DNA of 64,000 nt. It comes from a virus (taxonomy: Duplodnaviria; Caudoviricetes). The translations under genes and the position numbers were made by a program. Of the stretch, positions 21,101 through 31,794 are shown piece after piece; the stretch's first letter is position 1; each line of letters begins with the position of its first letter. The notes under the pieces are model-generated. The model was given only the letters and a program-made list of their open reading frames with translations. It did no database searches and had not been told where the DNA came from. The DNA lies in the IMG/VR virus record IMGVR_UViG_3300047157_000041, positions 2,184 through 66,183 of that record; one strand, written 5' to 3'.

Positions 21101-24100
21101 ATCAACTGCTGCCTTAGCAAAAACAAAAGATAAATTTAAAAGCTTAGAAGATAATTTTCAGTCAGGTTCTGCACAAAACACTATAGCGAGCGAGTTATTT
21201 AACATGGTTGATACACAAATTGGGAATAGATTCAATTTAAGACCACAAGTAAAACAAGACCTTAGAGACGATGTAATTGAAAGAATATATAAAGCGCAGG
21301 AAACTACAAAATGGGATGGCAGAGGTGATCTATATGGCTTTATAAATGGTCGTATTGCTAAAAGAATACTTGATGCAGTTCGTTCTGACAGTACGTATTT
21401 AGAAAACGTTGATAGTAATCAATTTGAGCAATTAGAAAAAGCTGCAAATGAAATTACAGAAAGTGCACCGGCTTCACAAAAATCTAAACCACAATACAGA
21501 AATTTATTAAAAAGCAATATTTTATCCGGTGATGTTATATCTAATATCAACTCTAAAGTGCTTAGAACCGTAAGAACTTTAAAGTCTAAATTAGATGAAA
21601 AGATTTCTAAGAACAGAACAATCACACCTTTAATTGCTGAGATTAAAAAAGATTTAGGTAAGCAAGCTGATATTGATTTAAAGAAAGCTATGGGTGGTGT
21701 TAAAGATAATGCCATACAAAAATTTCTTACTAAAAATAAAAAAGCTATATTGGAAAACATGACCACCACGTGGTTGATGGGAGCAATTCCAAGTGCTGTA
21801 CAAAAGCAAGTTGACGGAAAGTTTATATCTAATTGGAAAGGCCAAAAAATTGATAGAGAATCTGTTTCAACAGATAGCGCGGGCAGAACATCTGGCGCGG
21901 AAATAGCACGAAGAAAGCCTAATGTATCATCAATGTCTGATGCAGAATTTTTAAGTTATTTTGTTGCTGACAATAAGCTTATTAGAGGTAGAAAAGAATC
22001 ATTAGCTAAAGCTATGGCAGAAGAAATATCTTTAGAGATATTTAATACAGAGTTACAAAATGAAAATAGTGAGATAAGCAAAGCTTTTGAACAAAACCAA
22101 TCTTTAAAGGGAACAATACTGTTAGATAATTATGTCGCTGAAGTTGCTAAGCAAACTGAAAGAGGTAATGTTAAGTTTAGTAAATCACTAAATAGAGCGC
22201 AAGCTAAAATAATAAATTCTAAGAAAGACGCTTTAATAAATAAAATACTTGATGCAAATATTAATCTTACCAAAAAAAGATTATTACCCATGCTGCAAGA
22301 CACTTATCCCGAACTACCTGTAAAAGTATTAGAGGAATTTGCTAGCGAAAGTATTAATTCAATTAATAGATTTGTTAAAAAAATAGACATAACTAAAAAC
22401 TTAGATTTTATTAAATTCCTAACAGAGGCGGATATATTGAAAAGCCAAGATTTTTCTTTAATGAAAGTTTTTGGTTTGGAAGGATCAGCCACTGAATTAT
22501 TTGAAAATGCAGATAACATTTCTAACCAAAGGGGTATGGAGTATGCTTTTAATTCAGATCTAGTTGCTAAAGAAGGTGCTGATGGCCTAATAAAAATATT
22601 AAAATGGGGTAGAGGACACCAAGTAACATCTGGTAAAATTGGTGGCGGCAGAGATCAAGCGTATGCAGGTAACCCTGATTATATAGATAATAATTTAAAT
22701 AATATTCCAGATGTTGAAGTTGTTTATAAAAAAGGTAAATCAACATCAATTAAAGCTGTTTTTTATCAAGGCATAGAAGTAAAAAATTGGAAAGAAAGAA
22801 TTAAAACGCCTAGCCAATCAGCTGATGGTGGAATACAAAAATTTAGAGACGAAAGCGAATATAGAGAAGAACAAGCTAGAGAAGCTTGGAATTATTTAAA
22901 TGAGTTCTTATCGTATGTAAATACAAATGGCGGTATGCTAGATTGGGCTATGGCGATGCAATCTTTAAAATCAAATATGTCCGCTGTACTAAAAGCTGCA
23001 GCTCCCGTGAAATATCACTTTAAAGGTAATTATAAAGGAAGGTTAAGATATGAGCACGTTATACCAACAAAAGAAATGATAGTTAGATTAACTAACTATT
23101 ACAAAAATGGTAAAGATTTTGATTTAAACACTTTAAGAGACAAATACAACGTGGCAATAGTTCCTGTGGTTATGGATAATAACTTTAATGTTCTTACACA
23201 ATCACAAATGAATAGCTCGTTTGATTTAATGAATGATCCTGAATACAAAAGATACTTTAATGAAAACACCTATGGATATCCTAATATGTTTCCTATAGAA
23301 GTATTAAGCGGAGACAACAAGGGTGATATACAAGGAGAGGCTTGGGTTGATTTCAATAACGTTTTAAAGCCTTATGCTGCTAAAAACTCTAGATCTGCAA
23401 ATAGAGCTGACAAAGCTATGAACGCTGCTAGATTGCCAGATTATGCTATTAACCCAAAAGGAATAAGTGTTTATGATTTTGACGATACATTAGCTTTTAG
23501 CAAAAGTAAAATTATAGTTACAATGCCGAGTGGTAAGGTCAATAAAATCACTCCCCGCCGAATTTGCAGCTAAAGATGAAACTTTATCTGAGCAAGGTGC
23601 TACTTTTGATTTTAGTGAATTTAATAAAGTCGTGAAAGGTACTAAAGGCCCCTTGGCTGCGAGATTAGAAAAAGCTATAAATAAATTTGGTAATAAGAAT
23701 ATATATGTTCTAACTGCTAGGCCTCAAGCGTCGGCCCCTGCTATATATGAATTTTTAAAAGGTATTGGTTTAGAAATACCATTGCAAAACATAACAGGAT
23801 TACAAGATGGTAGACCATCTGCTAAGGCTGATTGGATGGTAGATAAATTTGCTGAGGGATATAATGATTTTTATTTTGTAGATGATGCTTATAAAAATGT
23901 TAAAGCAGTACAAGATGTATTAAGCGCGCTTGACGTTAAATCTAAAGTACAGCAAGCTAGAGTTAAATTTAATAAATCATTAAATAGAAATTTTAATGAT
24001 ATGATTGAGCGCAATAAAGGTATAAAATCTGAAGCTCAGTTTTCAGACGCTGTTGCAAGAAAGCGCGGCGCAAATAAAGGTAAATATAGATGGTTTATTC

Positions 24101-26169
24101 CTTCATCTGCGGATGACTTTAGAGGATTGACACAATACACCTTTGCTGGTAAAGGGAAGCAGGGTGAAGCTGATCAAGCGTTTTTTGAGAAAGCATTAAT
24201 GGATCCGTATTTCGCAGGTGTATCTGCTATCGAGTCCTCTAGGCAAATGATGAAGAATGCGTATAGCAATTTGCTAAAGCAAATGAAGCCAGTAAGAAAG
24301 AAGCTTAATAAATTAATACCTGACACAAGCTATACTTATGATCAAGCTATAAGGGTTTATTTATGGAACAAAGCAGGGTACGATATCCCAGGTTTATCTA
24401 AAAGAGATTTAAAGAAACTTATAAGTGTAGTTAATAATGATTCAGATTTATCAGCGTTTGCTGATGGTGCTTTATTATCTTCTAAGCAAGAACAATGGTC
24501 GGAACCTTCAGAGCATTGGCAAGCAGGAACTATACTTAGGGATTTAAACGAGTTAACTGAAAAAGTAAATAGAAAAGAATACTTAGGAGAATTTATAGCC
24601 AATTCTGAGATATTATTTAGCCCTGAAAATATGAATAAGATTGAGGCTATTTACGGCTCTAGACATAGAGAGGCTTTAGAAGATGCTTTATATAGAATGC
24701 GTAACGGAACTAATAGACCTTCTGGTGGCAGCAGGTTAACAAATGCCTGGAACAATTGGGTTAATAATTCCGTGGGTACCATCATGTTCTTCAACAGAAG
24801 ATCCGCTTTATTGCAGCTATTATCAACAGTAAACTTTATAAACTGGTCTGATAATAATCCATTAAAAGCTGGTATAGCTTTTGCTAATCAGCCTCAATAC
24901 TGGAAAGACTGGGTTAGAATATTTAATTCTGATAAACTAAAGCAAAGACGTGGGGGTTTAAAATCAGATATACAAGAGCAAGAGATAGCGAGTCAGGCTA
25001 AAAACTCTAAAGATAAGTCATCAGCTATAATAGCTTACTTGTTAAAAATAGGTTTTACACCAACTCAAATTGCAGATAGCATGGCTATTGCAACGGGTGG
25101 TGCTACATTCTACAGAAACAGAATAAATACATATGTAAAACAAGGAATGTCTAAAACAGAAGCTGAAACAAAAGCATGGGCAGACTTTAGTAAAATATCA
25201 GACGAGGCGCAGCAGTCTGGTGATCCGGCTTTAGTTTCTCAACAACAAGCTAGTGTTCTAGGTAGATTAGTATTAGCTTTTCAAAATACACCCATGCAGT
25301 ATACTAGATTAATGAAAAAAGCTGGACTTGATATTATAAATAGACGTGGTGATTTCAAAACAAATTTTAGTAAAATAATATATTACGGTGCTATTCAAAA
25401 CTTTATATTCTCGGCTTTACAAAATGCATTGTTTGCTATGATACCTGGGTTTGATGATGAAGAAGAGACTGAAGAAGATAAGAAAAAGAAAGAAAACCAA
25501 AAAACAGGTAGGATAGTACACAGTATGGTAGACACAATACTAAGAGGGTCTGGCTTAGCAGGAGCGGTTGCAACTACTGCTAAAAATACTATTAGAAAAT
25601 TTTTAGAACAAGAAGAGAAAGGATTTACTGCGGATCATACTTATACTATTATAGAGGCGGCTAATATATCGCCACCGATTGGATCTAAATTAAGAAAATT
25701 GTACGGGGCAATACAAACATGGAAGTTTGATAAAGACGTTGTTAAGGAAAGAGGGTTTGATGTTACTTTAAATGGTAAATTAAACATTAGTCCAACATAC
25801 AATATAATAGGTAATCTATCTTCTGCTTTAATAAATTTACCGCTAGACAGAGCACTAATGGAAATAGAAGGTATAACGGAAGCATTAGACGAAAGAAATA
25901 CTTTATATCAAAGAATAGCTTTAGCGCTAGGTTGGAGAACCTGGGGTGTTGGTGCTAAAAATGAAGAAGAGGATCTTATAAAAGTTGAAGCAAAAGCCAA
26001 AAGAAAAATAGAAGGAAAAAAGAAAGCAAAAGAAACAAGAGAAAAGAATAAAGCTGAAGAAAAAAAATTAATAAAAGCTTTAGAATATTCTCAATACAAA
26101 AAATTTAAAAAAGATACTAAAGGTATGTCCATATCTAAAAGAATTGATTACTTGAAAAAAATAAAATAA
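18171..26169 (+). CDS. Giant multidomain internal virion protein (~2,660 aa; apparent frameshift at ~23555) with zincin HExxH, sigma region-2-like and HAD-like segments
   Basis: ORFs 18171-23573 and 23530-26169 overlap at the C-run ACTCCCCGCCG. Motifs AAHEMLHA, VYDFDDTL...LTAR...FVDD, and hydrophobic helices near the C-terminus. Confidence 0.65.
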
Positions 26170-26477
26170 TGAACGAACCAATTACAATTAGAGTACGAAA
26201 AGCTAGAAGCAACGTAAAAGCACCAGAGGGTATGGAAATATCCATGAATGCGGATGGCAGTGGTGGTGCTGTCCCAGAAAAAAATCCATCACCTGCTAAA
26301 AAAATTGGACCTCAAGGCTTAGGCGTTAAAGGCAACAATGGGTATAGTATAGGATCACCGGCTAAAGCAAAAGATGCATGCTACCATAAAGCGAAAGCAA
26401 AGTATGATGTATTCCCCTCTGCTTATGCATCGGGATATATAGCTAAGTGCAGAAAAAAGAAAGGTAATATAAAATAG
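26169..26477 (+). CDS. Small basic SPxK-motif protein with C-terminal DACY...PSAYASG domain
   Basis: 102 aa containing PITIRV, two SPAK and IGPQGLG motifs. Confidence 0.55.
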   Translation: MNEPITIRVRKARSNVKAPEGMEISMNADGSGGAVPEKNPSPAKKIGPQGLGVKGNNGYSIGSPAKAKDACYHKAKAKYDVFPSAYASGYIAKCRKKKGNIK

Positions 26478-26478
26478 T

Positions 26479-26736
26479 ATGGCTTTTAAAATGAACTCGC
26501 CTTTGAAAGTTAAAAAAACTAAAAAGGGCGCATCACTTAGGCGTTGGTTTAAAGAAGAATGGAAAACACCAAAGGGGAAAGAAGATTACACAGACGGCGA
26601 AAATACTTTTAGACCAACTAAAAGAGTGACAAAAGATACACCAGCAACTTGGAACGAATTAACTCCTGCTGAAAAAGCAAGAGGTCAAAAAGAAAAAAAT
26701 ACTAAAGGTAGAGTTAGTAGATATAAAAAAAAATAA
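26479..26736 (+). CDS. Small basic protein (MAFKMNSPLK leader, LRRWFKEEW domain)
   Basis: 85-aa Lys/Arg-rich ORF. Confidence 0.55.
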   Translation: MAFKMNSPLKVKKTKKGASLRRWFKEEWKTPKGKEDYTDGENTFRPTKRVTKDTPATWNELTPAEKARGQKEKNTKGRVSRYKKK

Positions 26737-26737
26737 A

Positions 26738-26908
26738 ATGACTATAGACGACGCAAAATTGTACGCATTAAACACAACAACACTTGGGGCAACAACTTTT
26801 ATGCATTTCGAAGACGCTTTAAAAATAATACTATTGCTAGTAACTATAGGTTATACAATATCAAAATGGATTGGTGTTAAGAAAGATAAAAAGAAATGCG
26901 ACAAATAA
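26738..26908 (+). CDS. Small membrane protein, putative holin/antiholin (not in ORF track)
   Basis: 56 aa, MTIDDAKLYALNTTTLGATTFMHFEDALKIILLLVTIGYTISKWIGVKKDKKKCDK. A hydrophobic helix and basic tail, overlapping the endolysin start. Confidence 0.55.
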   Translation: MTIDDAKLYALNTTTLGATTFMHFEDALKIILLLVTIGYTISKWIGVKKDKKKCDK

Positions 26909-27321
26909 ATAAACTTATAGTACACTGTTCCGCTACACAAGAAGGTAGAGAATTAGATGCGGCTGAAATAAATCGGTGGCATTTAAAAAGAGGTTGGAAA
27001 GGCATAGGGTATCATTATGTTATTTTGTTAGATGGTACCATAGAATATGGCCGCAACATATATGAGCAAGGTGCTCACGTTAAAAATCATAATAAAGGAT
27101 CAATAGGAATTTGTTATATTGGAGGTGTTGAATCAGAACGTGGCTCTAATGGTAAATGGATTGCTAAGGATACTAGAACACCAGAACAAAAAGAAAGCTT
27201 ATTATTATTGCTTAAAACATTAAAGAAGATGCATCCGGATGCCACGATACATGGCCACAACGAATTTGCCGCGAAAAGTTGCCCGTGCTTTGACGCTTAT
27301 CAAGAATATTGTAATATATAA
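26896..27321 (+). CDS. Endolysin, N-acetylmuramoyl-L-alanine amidase (T7 lysozyme-like)
   Basis: IVHCSAT, GWKGIGYHYVI, GAHVKNHN, SIGICYIGG and GHNEF.AKSCPCFD zinc amidase motifs. Confidence 0.93.
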   Translation: MRQINKLIVHCSATQEGRELDAAEINRWHLKRGWKGIGYHYVILLDGTIEYGRNIYEQGAHVKNHNKGSIGICYIGGVESERGSNGKWIAKDTRTPEQKESLLLLLKTLKKMHPDATIHGHNEFAAKSCPCFDAYQEYCNI

Positions 27322-27331
27322 AACAAAAATT

Positions 27332-27622
27332 ATGAGAAAAGGAATAGGACCAAGGAATTTAGGAGCAAGCCCGCTAAAGCAAAAAAATGATAGAAAAAAA
27401 GAATATAACAACTTAACTGAAAGATTTGAAAATTTTGACAGAAGTAAAGACACTCTTATTATAGGAAGATCAAACTCTACATCTGGTGCAACTTTTGGAA
27501 ATAATCAAAAGCGCCAAAGAGCTATTGACCAAAGAAAAATGAAAAGACAAGTAAAGAAATCTATTATGTTAAATATGGGTGACGGACAATTTAAATATGT
27601 TACTCAACACGAAAAAAAATAA
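27332..27622 (+). CDS. Small basic SPxK-motif protein (likely start 27332)
   Basis: MRKGIGPRNLGASPLKQ..., 96 aa. Its N-terminus is shared with ORFs 59909 and 26169. Confidence 0.55.
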   Translation: MRKGIGPRNLGASPLKQKNDRKKEYNNLTERFENFDRSKDTLIIGRSNSTSGATFGNNQKRQRAIDQRKMKRQVKKSIMLNMGDGQFKYVTQHEKK

Positions 27623-27652
27623 AAAGGGATACCGTTTCCAGTACCCCTCTTT
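27612..27652 (-). terminator. Rho-independent terminator at the convergence of the + and - blocks (possibly bidirectional)
   Basis: The minus strand reads AAGAGGGGTAC-TGGAAACG-GTATCCCTTTTATTTTTTTT. Confidence 0.7.
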
Positions 27653-27656
27653 ACAA

Positions 27657-27680
27657 CTAACTAACTAACTAACTAACTAA
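27657..27680. repeat. (CTAA)6 microsatellite
   Basis: Six perfect tandem copies between converging genes. Confidence 0.9.
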
Positions 27681-27751
27681 TACATATAAATTATTGAATT
27701 TTTTATACACATTAGTTTTTATATGTATAAAAAAGTCACAACTTCTATCCT

Positions 27752-29476
27752 TTAGCCATCGCATGCAAGACAATCTTCATTCATTGCTTGCTGTGCAATA
27801 TCTCCACGCAAGACAGACTCTGTCCTCGTATAATATAAAGTTTTAACCCCTCGTTTCCACGCTTCAAAATGGACTTTGTTAATCCATTTTGGTGTTGCAA
27901 TGCTCGGGAACGCTAAATTTAAACTAACCGACTGATCTACATACTGCTGTCTCAGTCCAGCTTGATTGATTAATTCTAATTGATTTATTTCCTTAAAAGT
28001 CTTAAACACTTCCTTAGCAGGAATATCATGTCCGATTGTAATATCACTAAGTTCAGATATATTTTGAACAGACCCTCCATCAGCCAATATCTTATCCCAT
28101 ATTTCATTTGTATTTATTTTAAGTTTTTTCAATAGCTTAACTAGTGTCGGGTTTTTCCTAATGAAAGTCCCCTTCGCACTCTGTTCTGTAAAAACATTCG
28201 CAGCCCACGGTTCAATACCTGGCGAAACATTTCCACTAAGCTTGCTATTACTAACAGTAGGAGCAATAGCACGTAAATGAGTATTGCGCATACCAGTTCC
28301 AGCACACCACAAAGGTTCGCCGTATGTCTCTGCAAGATCCATTGAAGCTCTTTCGCTTTCAATTTTAACTTGCGAAAATATTTTCCTAGTTTCAAACTGA
28401 GCAAGCAAACCTTCAAAAGGTATTCCCTTTTCTTGGAGATACGTGTGCCATCCCAAGACACCCAACCCAAGCGCTCGTCCTTTCTGAGCAGAACGAATGG
28501 CATTTTCAAAACCTCTAAGTCCTTTTGCTCTTTGAATAAATTCCTCCATAACGCCATCAAGAAACCATATAGAGTCGTATATAAGGTTTGTGTTTTTCCA
28601 CTCTTCATATTTTGCTAAATTTAATGATGATAAGCAACAAACAAAACTGTGATTTTCATCTGTATGTAAAGTAATCTCAGAACATATATTGGTCATATGA
28701 ACTTTGAGACCGTTATCTTTGTATGCTGCTGGGTTATTTTTGTTTGTATTTCCCTTAAATAAAATATAAGGCTCTCCAGTTGCTTTTCGCTTTTGTAATA
28801 ATTTTGACCATCTCTTTCTTGCATCTTTATCACCTCCTTCAACTCTTCGCATGAACTTGTCGCCGACCACAGCGCACTGGTGTAGGTTGAGGGACTGACG
28901 ATTAACGTCTCCTTTAGGTTCTCTAATTTCGATCCAGTCTTCGAAATCGGCATGCTCAATATTGATGTTAACTGAAGCAGCTCCTCGTCGGACAGATCCT
29001 TGATTAGTGGCGAGTATTGTTGAATCGTAAATCTTACAAAACGGCACAACTCCATCAGATGTTCCATTTCCTGTTATTTTAGCGCCAGCGGGTCTTATTT
29101 GATTTATACCGATACCAACTCCACCGCCGTGCTTAGCGAGTAGCATCATCTCTAGATTCTTTTGTCCTATGTCTTGTATGCTATCAGCCACATCAATACC
29201 AAAGCAGCTAATAGGCAAGCCGCGATCAGTACCTGTATTAGATAATACTGGACTAGCGAGACATAACCAACCATTCCAAATGTACTCGAAGAAAGTTTCT
29301 GCCATTTCTGGTTTATATAATCTACGAGCAACCGTTTTAGCGACTCTTTGGTATGCTTCTTTAGGCGTTTCTCCGTTGAATAAATATCCCCCGGATATAG
29401 TCTTCTTGTATACGTCGTTATTACCCCACGCAGGGTAATCTTCTCCTTTTTTCCAATCATCATTCCACATTTGCAT
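27752..29476 (-). CDS. nrdA: Ribonucleotide reductase class I alpha subunit
   Basis: ASPVLSN, PISCF, GGGVG, TNICSEI (catalytic NxCxE), AIAPT.S, KTLYY and C-terminal CLACDG. No ATP cone. Confidence 0.95.
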   Translation of the reverse strand: MQMWNDDWKKGEDYPAWGNNDVYKKTISGGYLFNGETPKEAYQRVAKTVARRLYKPEMAETFFEYIWNGWLCLASPVLSNTGTDRGLPISCFGIDVADSIQDIGQKNLEMMLLAKHGGGVGIGINQIRPAGAKITGNGTSDGVVPFCKIYDSTILATNQGSVRRGAASVNINIEHADFEDWIEIREPKGDVNRQSLNLHQCAVVGDKFMRRVEGGDKDARKRWSKLLQKRKATGEPYILFKGNTNKNNPAAYKDNGLKVHMTNICSEITLHTDENHSFVCCLSSLNLAKYEEWKNTNLIYDSIWFLDGVMEEFIQRAKGLRGFENAIRSAQKGRALGLGVLGWHTYLQEKGIPFEGLLAQFETRKIFSQVKIESERASMDLAETYGEPLWCAGTGMRNTHLRAIAPTVSNSKLSGNVSPGIEPWAANVFTEQSAKGTFIRKNPTLVKLLKKLKINTNEIWDKILADGGSVQNISELSDITIGHDIPAKEVFKTFKEINQLELINQAGLRQQYVDQSVSLNLAFPSIATPKWINKVHFEAWKRGVKTLYYTRTESVLRGDIAQQAMNEDCLACDG

Positions 29477-29663
29477 CAGGTTGTTTTTGTTGTTCTTCTA
29501 ATAACTTAGCTATAGCTTCTTCATATCCAGGCATTCTTTTAACTGTCTCTAATAAACCTTGAGCCAGTGTATTAACGTGCATTATGCCTTGTGTATTATT
29601 GTGCATTCCTTGAACTATCTTGCCCATGTCATGCTTCATATTAATTAACGTTTTTTCTTTCAT
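29460..29663 (-). CDS. Hypothetical protein between nrdB and nrdA (likely start MKEKTL)
   Basis: Short helical ORF overlapping its neighbours in an operon-like manner. Confidence 0.45.
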   Translation of the reverse strand: MKEKTLINMKHDMGKIVQGMHNNTQGIMHVNTLAQGLLETVKRMPGYEEAIAKLLEEQQKQPDANVE

Positions 29664-29911
29664 TTCATAAAATGTGTTATCCAGGCTATTAACCCGTTTA
29701 AATTTAAAGTAACTAGATTCCATTGCTTTCTCGAAGCTGTTTGTACCATTACGCATATAAAACCAATTATATAAAGCGATGGTTCAATTGTCCATTGTGC
29801 TGCTATCAGGAAGCCTGCTCCCATATAACCTATACGGGATGCAAACTTTTGATATGATGTTAACTTATTTGTATAAGCTAACAGCTTAAGTAATTTTCTT
29901 TTTGTTACCAT
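29660..29911 (-). CDS. Small membrane protein
   Basis: 83 aa with 2-3 hydrophobic segments (MGAGFLIAAQW, LYIIGFICVMV, LNGLIAWI). Confidence 0.5.
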   Translation of the reverse strand: MVTKRKLLKLLAYTNKLTSYQKFASRIGYMGAGFLIAAQWTIEPSLYIIGFICVMVQTASRKQWNLVTLNLNGLIAWITHFMK

Positions 29912-30873
29912 ATGTCTTCGAAGTCTTCTCCTTCGCCAGCTTTAGAATAATCTGTTGGCCTAATAGCGAAAAAGTCAGTATGAGTGACGCCCCCGGTAAG
30001 ATGATAAAACCAATTAAGATTATCCGCTGCATCTTTTTCATACGCGAAATACGATCCCAAATCGATGTACCCCAATTCAACAAGCTTTTCATTTGTTCTC
30101 TTTCTTATAAATTGTTTTAAATCATTTGCCTTAATGCCTTCAATGTCTCCCATCTCGAACATTTTATCTATATACTTCTCTTCTAAATCTACCATTGCTT
30201 CGGCAGCTTTAATTACATTGTCTCTGCATGCTTCTAGCAAAGCATTATCTTCCTGGCACATATGTCTAAATAATTGACAACCCATTTTACTATGCAATGA
30301 CTCATCCCTTACAGACCATTTCATTTGCTGACCAATTCCTTTGAGTAAATTACGTAATTGAAAACTATATAAAACAGCGAAAGCACTATATAAACTAACA
30401 CCCTCTGCGAAAGCGGAAAATATAGCCAAGCTTGTACCGATGCCAACACTACTAGTACCGTCATAAGCAACCAAGTTATCAAAACGTCTAGCTGTTGCAG
30501 GTTCGTGTAAAAATGCTTCATAGTCTTCTAATTTTAATGTTTCATTTAGATAGCTATATGCTACAGCATGCACGGTTTCTTGTGAGCCAAACATCATAGC
30601 CATCTGTCTTATCTCGTGTTTAGGAAACCACGATACGACCTTCTGGGTCCAATAGTCTGAAACAGCGCATTCGGTCTGCGCGAATCCAAGAAGTATGTTC
30701 CCAACGAGGTTTTTTTCTTTTTTGTCAAGTCTTTCATTCCAATCTTTTATATCGCTCTGCATTGAGATTTCAGTATGTAACCAAAATGCTTGAGCTTGTT
30801 TTAACCAACCTTCTGTATAGTATTCAGGATAATCAAATGGTTTGTACGCTACGCGCTCATCAAACAATCCCAT
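29905..30873 (-). CDS. nrdB: Ribonucleotide reductase class I beta subunit
   Basis: AFW...EI, ETVHAVAY, EGVSLYSAF, VRDESLH di-metal motifs and C-terminal DFFA..PTDY. Confidence 0.93.
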   Translation of the reverse strand: MGLFDERVAYKPFDYPEYYTEGWLKQAQAFWLHTEISMQSDIKDWNERLDKKEKNLVGNILLGFAQTECAVSDYWTQKVVSWFPKHEIRQMAMMFGSQETVHAVAYSYLNETLKLEDYEAFLHEPATARRFDNLVAYDGTSSVGIGTSLAIFSAFAEGVSLYSAFAVLYSFQLRNLLKGIGQQMKWSVRDESLHSKMGCQLFRHMCQEDNALLEACRDNVIKAAEAMVDLEEKYIDKMFEMGDIEGIKANDLKQFIRKRTNEKLVELGYIDLGSYFAYEKDAADNLNWFYHLTGGVTHTDFFAIRPTDYSKAGEGEDFEDIW

Positions 30874-31016
30874 TATTTAAATATTTCTAACGCTATATCT
30901 ACAAAAGGTAAATATAAGACATGCGTTACTTGTGTTTCTTCGTCATAAGTTCTTGCTCCTAGCAGTACACCAGGATACGTACCTATAGATAAACTCCAAT
31001 TCTTATTTTCCTCCAT
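30873..31016 (-). CDS. Small hypothetical protein (47 aa, not in ORF track)
   Basis: MEENKNWSLSIGTYPGVLLGARTYDEETQVTHVLYLPFVDIALEIFK. Its stop overlaps the nrdB start (TAATG). Confidence 0.55.
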   Translation of the reverse strand: MEENKNWSLSIGTYPGVLLGARTYDEETQVTHVLYLPFVDIALEIFK

Positions 31017-31136
31017 ATGCTTTAATATTATATTTATCTTGTAGTTCAACTAATTCTTTATATTTTATTTTGCCTCTAACATCCCAACTCCATTTGCACC
31101 ATTTATCAATCTGTCTTTCAGCGTACTTTTGCCTAG

Positions 31137-31595
31137 CTAATCTTTTCGACTGGCTTGGATGAGGCTTATCGTTTCGTCGCATTCTTTTTGATTTTGTGGT
31201 TTGTATAATGTTGTACCCGGAAACTGCCTAACTATTAATTGCTTAAATAATTTCCATCGCATAGGAAATGATTCGTTTGCTCTACCTTTGGTTTCAATTA
31301 TAAAATCTTCGCCAATAAAATCTGGTGTATACTTTATAGGTAATATTCTTTTTTCACCTCTATTCTTGTAATCACCTTTACCATTGGATTGTCTTTCATA
31401 AACTTTATTATCAAAATGAAATCCATTTAATAAAACAAACGTTTCTCCCTCGTATTTAGCTTTAATTCTTGCTTTCTTTAAAGCCATATACATATAACGT
31501 TCAAGGCCCGAAGCAAAGTTGATACCATCATATGATACCTTCTTTGCTTGCACTGGTCCTCTCTTCTTTTTTCTTTTATAAGGTTTTCTCATCAT
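31137..31595 (-). CDS. PD-(D/E)xK endonuclease, T7 endonuclease I-like Holliday junction resolvase
   Basis: FASGLE, YEGE, YTPDF...IIETKG motifs. Confidence 0.8.
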   Translation of the reverse strand: MMRKPYKRKKKRGPVQAKKVSYDGINFASGLERYMYMALKKARIKAKYEGETFVLLNGFHFDNKVYERQSNGKGDYKNRGEKRILPIKYTPDFIGEDFIIETKGRANESFPMRWKLFKQLIVRQFPGTTLYKPQNQKECDETISLIQASRKD

Positions 31596-31794
31596 AAGCT
31601 TCTTTTGCTTTTTGTAAATATAACACAGCATCCATAAGCTCTTCTTGTAAATGATTAAGCCAGTCTATTACTTTACTAGGATCTTCATCTAGTGTAACAC
31701 CGTATTTAGCATAGCCTACATCTGATCTAGACACAAATTTATCTACAACTCGCTCAACAACTGGATCTCTAAATTCTATTTGTTTTTTACTCAT
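31576..31794 (-). CDS. Small all-helical protein (MazG/nucleotide-modification associated type)
   Basis: R..VG.AKYG.TL...WL.HLQEELMDAVLY. Confidence 0.5.
   Translation of the reverse strand: MSKKQIEFRDPVVERVVDKFVSRSDVGYAKYGVTLDEDPSKVIDWLNHLQEELMDAVLYLQKAKEAYDEKTL

Noticed and set aside
23545..23573. Break in the giant protein at ACTCCCCGCC
   Set aside because: It lies in a homopolymer and splits a HAD domain between motifs I and II. Likely a sequencing error; raw reads would settle it.
18171..26169. Giant protein as a crAss-like virion RNA polymerase
   Set aside because: No DxDxD/DFDID catalytic motif was found by eye. A profile search would be needed to exclude it fully.
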